From Fidelibacterota bacterium (lineage in GTDB: Bacteria; Fidelibacterota; Marinisomatia; Marinisomatales; TCS55), in NCBI GenBank assembly GCA_046861385.1, contig JBHHTW010000050.1, positions 1 to 11,523 of the forward strand: a DNA stretch of 11,523 nt. The letters run 5' to 3'. The stretch's first letter is position 1; each line of letters begins with the position of its first letter. Below the pieces are notes generated by a model, which ran no database searches, was not told the DNA's origin, and worked only from the letters and a program-made list of their open reading frames with translations. Of the stretch, positions 6,984-11,523 are shown piece by piece. The position numbers and the translations under genes were made by a program.

Positions 6984-7017
6984 AGTAATAACCTTTTTCA
7001 AAAGCCATAACATTCTA

Positions 7018-8232
7018 TTAATTAACCTTGTTTCCATCAGACCTTTTAATCTTCCGTCCTAAATTATATTGATCAATTTTTCTGTACAGCGTCCTTTCGC
7101 TCATGCCCAATGATTTAGCGGCAGCACGGCGATTGTTGTTATAATGCTGCAGTGTCCGCGATATGGCTTCCTTTTCGAGTTCTTCCAAATTCATGTCACC
7201 GATGGCCTCATTTCGAATGCTGTGATGACTATTTTCATCAATTTGCATTTCTCCGGGCAATTCTTCCAAGGCTCCTTCGTGATATATAGGAATAGGTTGG
7301 ACAGGCGATCCACCGCCACCGACCATTGCTTTTATGGTTTCCACGTCCTGTCTCAATAACAATAATTGTCGTAGAATCAATTCACGTTCGGCTTGTTCCG
7401 GTGATTGCTGAATTAACATTGGTAAATTTTGATTTTGAGCGATGGGCTGAGATAATCCTAATTTCTTTTCCACCATGTCTACCGTTATACGTTCTCCCCT
7501 TTCCAAAACCAGTATACTTTCTACAAAATTCTTTAATTCACGGACGTTCCCCGGCCAATCGTAATGTTTCATTCGTCGGATAGCTTCTGGCATGAAGCCT
7601 CTGTATGGAATATCGTTGCTTCGAGTGAATTCCAGAGCAAAACGCTCTACCATCAGGGACAAATCCTCAATTCTCTGACGTAGTTCAGGAACAGTTATTG
7701 TCACTGTTTTTAAACGAAAGAATAGATCTTGTCTAAACTGTCCTTTTTGAACTAATCCTTCTAAATTTTTATTGGTAGCAGCGATGATGCGAACGTCGGT
7801 CGTCCGTGTTTTTGATTCACCGACCCGCATGAATTCACCGGATTCCAAAACACGGAGCAATTTCACCTGTGTTTCCAAGGGTAATTCTCCAATTTCATCG
7901 AGGAAAATGGTTCCTTTGTGGGCAGTTTCAAAATAGCCTTTCCTGTCATCACCTGCACCGGTGTAAGCGCCTTTCTTATGTCCGAATAATTCACTTTCAA
8001 TAATACCGGCAGGTATGGCGCCGCAATTTACTGTAACCAATTCCTGTTGAGCCCGTTTGCTGAATTTATGAAGCCCTTTCGCCACCATTTCTTTTCCCGT
8101 GCCGGACTCCCCTGTAATCAAAACAGAAATATCCACCGGAGCCACTTGACCCATCATTTCCAAGGATTGCCTTATGGCATCGGAATTGCCGATGATACCG
8201 GACGTTTTTTGCAACCGATCCAGATCAATCAT
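7018..8232 (-). CDS. Sigma-54-dependent Fis-family transcriptional activator without an N-terminal sensor domain
   Basis: The AAA+ domain starts at about residue 12 (GIIGNS). Walker A GESGTGKE, ESELFGHKKGAYTGA, Walker B FLDEIGE, FRQDLFFRL, WPGNVRELKN. C-terminal HTH NRRAAAKSLGMSERTLYRKI. Overlaps the galE stop by 8 nt. Confidence 0.93.
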   Translation of the reverse strand: MIDLDRLQKTSGIIGNSDAIRQSLEMMGQVAPVDISVLITGESGTGKEMVAKGLHKFSKRAQQELVTVNCGAIPAGIIESELFGHKKGAYTGAGDDRKGYFETAHKGTIFLDEIGELPLETQVKLLRVLESGEFMRVGESKTRTTDVRIIAATNKNLEGLVQKGQFRQDLFFRLKTVTITVPELRQRIEDLSLMVERFALEFTRSNDIPYRGFMPEAIRRMKHYDWPGNVRELKNFVESILVLERGERITVDMVEKKLGLSQPIAQNQNLPMLIQQSPEQAERELILRQLLLLRQDVETIKAMVGGGGSPVQPIPIYHEGALEELPGEMQIDENSHHSIRNEAIGDMNLEELEKEAISRTLQHYNNNRRAAAKSLGMSERTLYRKIDQYNLGRKIKRSDGNKVN

Positions 8233-9202
8233 GATTTTTCTCCGGATTGTACACGTTCCACATACTTTTTAAAATGGTATTCAAATCAGAATATTTTGCT
8301 TCCCAGCCCAATAATTCACCAGCCAAAGTCGATGTGGCAATAAGTTCTGCCGGATCACCGTCACGCCGGCTAGCGATGTTGTAAATTATCTTTTTGCCGG
8401 ATACTGCCATTGCTTCATGGATAACATCCAAAACGGAGTAGCCTTCTCCGGTGGCTAGATTTACCGTTAGGGAATCATTCTTATCTAAATATTCCAGCGC
8501 TTTCACATGAGCAAATGCCAAATCATTCACATGGATATAATCCCGAATACCTGTTCCGTCTTTTGTTTTATAATCATCACCATAAACGTCCATTGTGTCA
8601 CGCTGACCTGTAGCCACCTCCATAACGATCGGTAACAAATTTTGAGGACTTTTTTCCAATCCAAAGACCCTTCCATAAATATCGTACCCGGCAGCATTAA
8701 AATACCTCAGTGATGCATATTTCAGACCTTTTAAATCACCGTACCATTTCAATGAATTCTCAACGGATAGTTTGGTAAATCCATAATAATTAATGGGTTT
8801 CAATGGATGGGCTTCATCCACAGGCAAATATTCCGGAAATCCGTACACAGCCGCAGTGGATGAAAATACAAATTTCTTAACGTTATGATCCATCATGGAA
8901 TTCAATAAATTTATCGTGCCATTGAGATTATTTTTGGAATATTTCTCCGGATGAGTCATGGATTCTCCGGCTGCTTTGAATGCAGCTAAATGGATTACGG
9001 CATCGATTCCTGTGGATAAAATTTTATTAAGAACAATCTCATCTAAAGTACTCCCCAGGATGAATTCGGCTTTTTGGTGGATATTTTCCCTGCAGCCCAG
9101 AGACAAATCATCCATAATGACCACTTCATATCCTGCTTCAATCAGGTCCAGAACTACGTGGGAACCGATATAACCTGCGCCGCCAGTTACCAATACTTTC
9201 AT
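8225..9202 (-). CDS. galE: UDP-glucose 4-epimerase
   Basis: VLVTGGAGYIGSH, HLAAFKAAGES, FSSTAAVYG, catalytic YxxxK (YGFTK), LRYFNAAG, DGTGIRDYIHVNDLA and RRDGDP. Confidence 0.95.
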   Translation of the reverse strand: MKVLVTGGAGYIGSHVVLDLIEAGYEVVIMDDLSLGCRENIHQKAEFILGSTLDEIVLNKILSTGIDAVIHLAAFKAAGESMTHPEKYSKNNLNGTINLLNSMMDHNVKKFVFSSTAAVYGFPEYLPVDEAHPLKPINYYGFTKLSVENSLKWYGDLKGLKYASLRYFNAAGYDIYGRVFGLEKSPQNLLPIVMEVATGQRDTMDVYGDDYKTKDGTGIRDYIHVNDLAFAHVKALEYLDKNDSLTVNLATGEGYSVLDVIHEAMAVSGKKIIYNIASRRDGDPAELIATSTLAGELLGWEAKYSDLNTILKSMWNVYNPEKNHD

Positions 9203-9272
9203 TTTCCTTTTTAATTCTCCATTTTTGAAATTAAGCTTTCACAAAATTCTGATTTTGAAATATTCTCAAGTA

Positions 9273-9328
9273 TAAAACGTAAATATGTAAAACGTAAAGT
9301 TGTTCAATTGCATAATTACGTTTTACAT
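9273..9328. repeat. TAAAACGTAA/TTACGTTTTA palindromic short-period element, copy 3
   Basis: Left arm TAAAACGTAAATATGTAAAACGTAAA (15-nt period). Perfect 13-bp inverted repeat ATGTAAAACGTAA 9285-9297 / TTACGTTTTACAT 9316-9328 with an 18-nt loop. Confidence 0.85.
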
Positions 9329-9397
9329 CATTAAAAATCGTTATAATTCCTCTATTCATAATTTTAGATCATTATTGAAGTAAATACTTATCCAATG

Positions 9398-11398
9398 TCA
9401 AAATATTTTCTCTAATTCTTTTTCCATTTTTTCTATCTCGTCTCGTAAATGGGCTGCTTTTTCAAATTCCAGTTTTTCAGCAGCTTCCAACATTTCCTGC
9501 CGGAGCATTTCTACAGCCATTTGTTTATCCAAATCATCAAAGTCTCCACCTTTTCGACGAAACTTGGTGTCATATCGTTCTTCTGAATAATTATCAGCCA
9601 CTGCCGTTGACTGCATAATATTATCTACAGATTTATAGATGGTTTTGGGCGTAATACCGTGTTTCTTGTTAAATGTTTCCTGGATTTTTCTGCGCCGGCT
9701 CGTTTCATTAATCAGATAATCCATGGCATCGGTTATTTTATCACCGTATAGAATCACTTCTCCCCCCAAATGACGGGCAGCGCGGCCGGCCACCTGCATA
9801 AGTGAACTCCTGGATCGTAAAAATCCTTGCTTATCTGCGTCTAGTACAGCCACCAATGAAACCTCAGGCAAATCCAGTCCTTCTCTCAATAAATTAATTC
9901 CAACCAAAACATCAAATTCACCTAACCGCAAATCACGCAATATTTGAACACGTTCTAACGTTGGTACGTCACTATGGAGGTAGCGGACTTTTAGGCTCAT
10001 TCCCCGTAAATATTCAGTCAAATCTTCCGCCATTCGTTTGGTTATAGTTGTTACGAGAATGCGCTGGTTTTGTTTTACTCTATTGCGGATTTCATCCATG
10101 AGATCATCCATCTGTCCCAATGTCTCCCGGACTTCTACAACAGGATCCAATAATCCCGTGGGCCGTATAACCTGCTCAATCACTACGCCATTAGATAATT
10201 CTAATTCACGATCGGCAGGGGTGGCTGATACAAAGACCATCTGATTTTGCAACGACATGAATTCATCTATTTTCAATGGACGATTATCCAAGGCGCTGGG
10301 CAAGCGAAACCCGTGCTCAACCAGCACTTCTTTCCGTGCCCGGTCACCATTGTACATTCCTTTAATCTGGGAGAGAGAAACATGAGATTCATCCATAATC
10401 GTTAAGAAATTGTCGGGGAAAAAATCGATGAGAGTAAATGGCCTCTCTCCTTCTTTTCGTCCGGCAAAATATCGGGAATAGTTTTCAATTCCTGAACAAT
10501 AACCAATTTCCACCATCATTTCCAGATCAAAATTAGTCCGTTGCTCCAATCGCTGTGCTTCTAATAATTTATCGTTGGACCTCAGAAATTCAAGGCGTTG
10601 ATGGAGCTCTCGACGAATTTCAACCACGATTCGATTAATGGATTTCTGGTCGGTAACAAAATGTTTCCCCGGGTAGATGAAATCTGAATCCATTTCTCGG
10701 ATTATTTCACCGGTCAATGGCTGAAAACGAGTAATCTTTTCCACAATAGTTCCGAACATTTCAATCCGTATTCCCATTTCTTCATAGGCAAGGCAAACTT
10801 CTATCACATCACCGTGAACTCGAAATGTACTGCGCTCAAAAGTGGTATCATTCCGGGCATAATGGATATTCACCAGGTTTCTCATAAATGCTTTTCGGTT
10901 CAGCTGTTCACCCCGTTTTAAATGAACAACCTTTTCCTTATAGTCTTTCGGAGAACCAAGGCCATAAATACATGACACCGAGCTTACAACAATAACGTCT
11001 TCTCTCTCCATAAGGGCACTGGTTGTTTTCAATCTTAATTTGTCAATTTCTTCATTAATCGACATATCTTTTTCGATAAAAGTATCCGTCACCGGCATAT
11101 AGGCTTCCGGTTGATAATAATCGTAATAACTGATAAAATATTCCACAGCATTATTCGGAAAAAGCTGCTTGAATTCTCCATAAAGTTGTGCTGCCAATGT
11201 TTTATTGTGGGACATGATGAGCGTTGGTCGTTGAACCTTTTCAATCACTTTTGCAATCGTAAAGGTTTTACCGCTCCCGGTAACACCTAACAGGGTCTGG
11301 TATGGATCCCCTTGGATTAATCCATCAACCAATCCGGCAATTGCCTGGGGCTGATCACCCTGAGGAGTGAAATCTGAATGAACTTTAAACTCTGCCAT
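9398..11398 (-). CDS. uvrB: Excinuclease ABC subunit B
   Basis: 666 aa. PQGDQPQAI, Walker A LGVTGSGKT, HNKTLAAQLY, beta-hairpin YYDYYQPEAY, DESH, GFRLPSALDNRPL, GINLLREGLDLPEV and a C-terminal UVR domain (AAEKLEFEKAAHLRDEI). Confidence 0.98.
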   Translation of the reverse strand: MAEFKVHSDFTPQGDQPQAIAGLVDGLIQGDPYQTLLGVTGSGKTFTIAKVIEKVQRPTLIMSHNKTLAAQLYGEFKQLFPNNAVEYFISYYDYYQPEAYMPVTDTFIEKDMSINEEIDKLRLKTTSALMEREDVIVVSSVSCIYGLGSPKDYKEKVVHLKRGEQLNRKAFMRNLVNIHYARNDTTFERSTFRVHGDVIEVCLAYEEMGIRIEMFGTIVEKITRFQPLTGEIIREMDSDFIYPGKHFVTDQKSINRIVVEIRRELHQRLEFLRSNDKLLEAQRLEQRTNFDLEMMVEIGYCSGIENYSRYFAGRKEGERPFTLIDFFPDNFLTIMDESHVSLSQIKGMYNGDRARKEVLVEHGFRLPSALDNRPLKIDEFMSLQNQMVFVSATPADRELELSNGVVIEQVIRPTGLLDPVVEVRETLGQMDDLMDEIRNRVKQNQRILVTTITKRMAEDLTEYLRGMSLKVRYLHSDVPTLERVQILRDLRLGEFDVLVGINLLREGLDLPEVSLVAVLDADKQGFLRSRSSLMQVAGRAARHLGGEVILYGDKITDAMDYLINETSRRRKIQETFNKKHGITPKTIYKSVDNIMQSTAVADNYSEERYDTKFRRKGGDFDDLDKQMAVEMLRQEMLEAAEKLEFEKAAHLRDEIEKMEKELEKIF

Positions 11399-11403
11399 AA
11401 CGG

Positions 11404-11436
11404 CAAATTTACCTCGGTTGAACTATACATAGCAAT
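11404..11436 (-). promoter_or_regulatory. Putative Bacteroidota-type (-33/-7) promoter giving a leaderless or near-leaderless uvrB mRNA
   Basis: Minus strand ATTG-N21-TAAATTTG-CCGTT-ATG matches TAnnTTTG exactly and TTTG at 3/4 with permitted spacing. No SD at canonical spacing. Confidence 0.4.
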
Positions 11437-11453
11437 GGCAGAGAGTTTGCTGG

Positions 11454-11523
11454 TGGTAACTGGTGGAATGGTAACTGGTGGAATGGTAACTGGTGGAATG
11501 GTAACTGGTGGAATGGTAACTGG
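11454..11523. repeat. Perfect 15-bp tandem repeat (TGGTAACTGGTGGAA), 4 full copies + 10 bp, running off the window end
   Basis: Units start at 11454, 11469, 11484, 11499 and 11514 (partial). Confidence 0.95.

Noticed and set aside
6768-7037. 89-aa ORF METRLINR... as a real protein
   Set aside because: Most of it is the translation of the triplex/hairpin element and it has no recognisable domain. Only its N-terminus is kept as a speculative finding.
135-10244. Remaining short ORFs nested in or antisense to the 141-aa gene, nadE, LOG, asnS, lptE, the activator, galE and uvrB
   Set aside because: Shadow frames of well-supported genes, with no motifs or start signals.
11454-11523. CRISPR array interpretation of the terminal repeat or of the TTACG repeats
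   Set aside because: Units are 14-15 bp and directly adjacent with no unique spacers. No cas genes.

Overview
An 11.5-kb bacterial housekeeping region with all substantial genes on the minus strand. In transcription order: uvrB, galE, a sigma-54 (Fis-HTH) activator lacking a sensor domain, an AT-rich TolB-like beta-propeller exported protein, an LptE-family lipoprotein, asnS, a degraded AT-rich insert, a TIGR00725/LOG-family protein, acylphosphatase, glutamine-dependent nadE and a secreted hypothetical protein. The activator-lptE linkage suggests an FCB-group organism, possibly Marinimicrobia-like (inference only). No rRNA, tRNA, CRISPR or transposase/integrase gene is visible. The unusual signal lies between and inside the genes: (1) a ~180-bp element (6803-6983) made of a 146-nt interrupted hairpin with 46 Watson-Crick pairs next to a perfect 8-triad intrastrand-triplex motif, directly upstream of the AT-rich gene; (2) twelve in-frame heptamer repeats that encode most of the LptE signal peptide and share a core with a 15-bp tandem array at the window end; (3) three copies of a TAAAACGTAA/TTACGTTTTA palindromic element; (4) an RPE/REP-like GTCATTGCGAG palindrome; (5) an insert that duplicates the first ~10 codons of the LOG gene. 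No mobilising enzyme is encoded here, so a cassette or repeat 'system' is a hypothesis.
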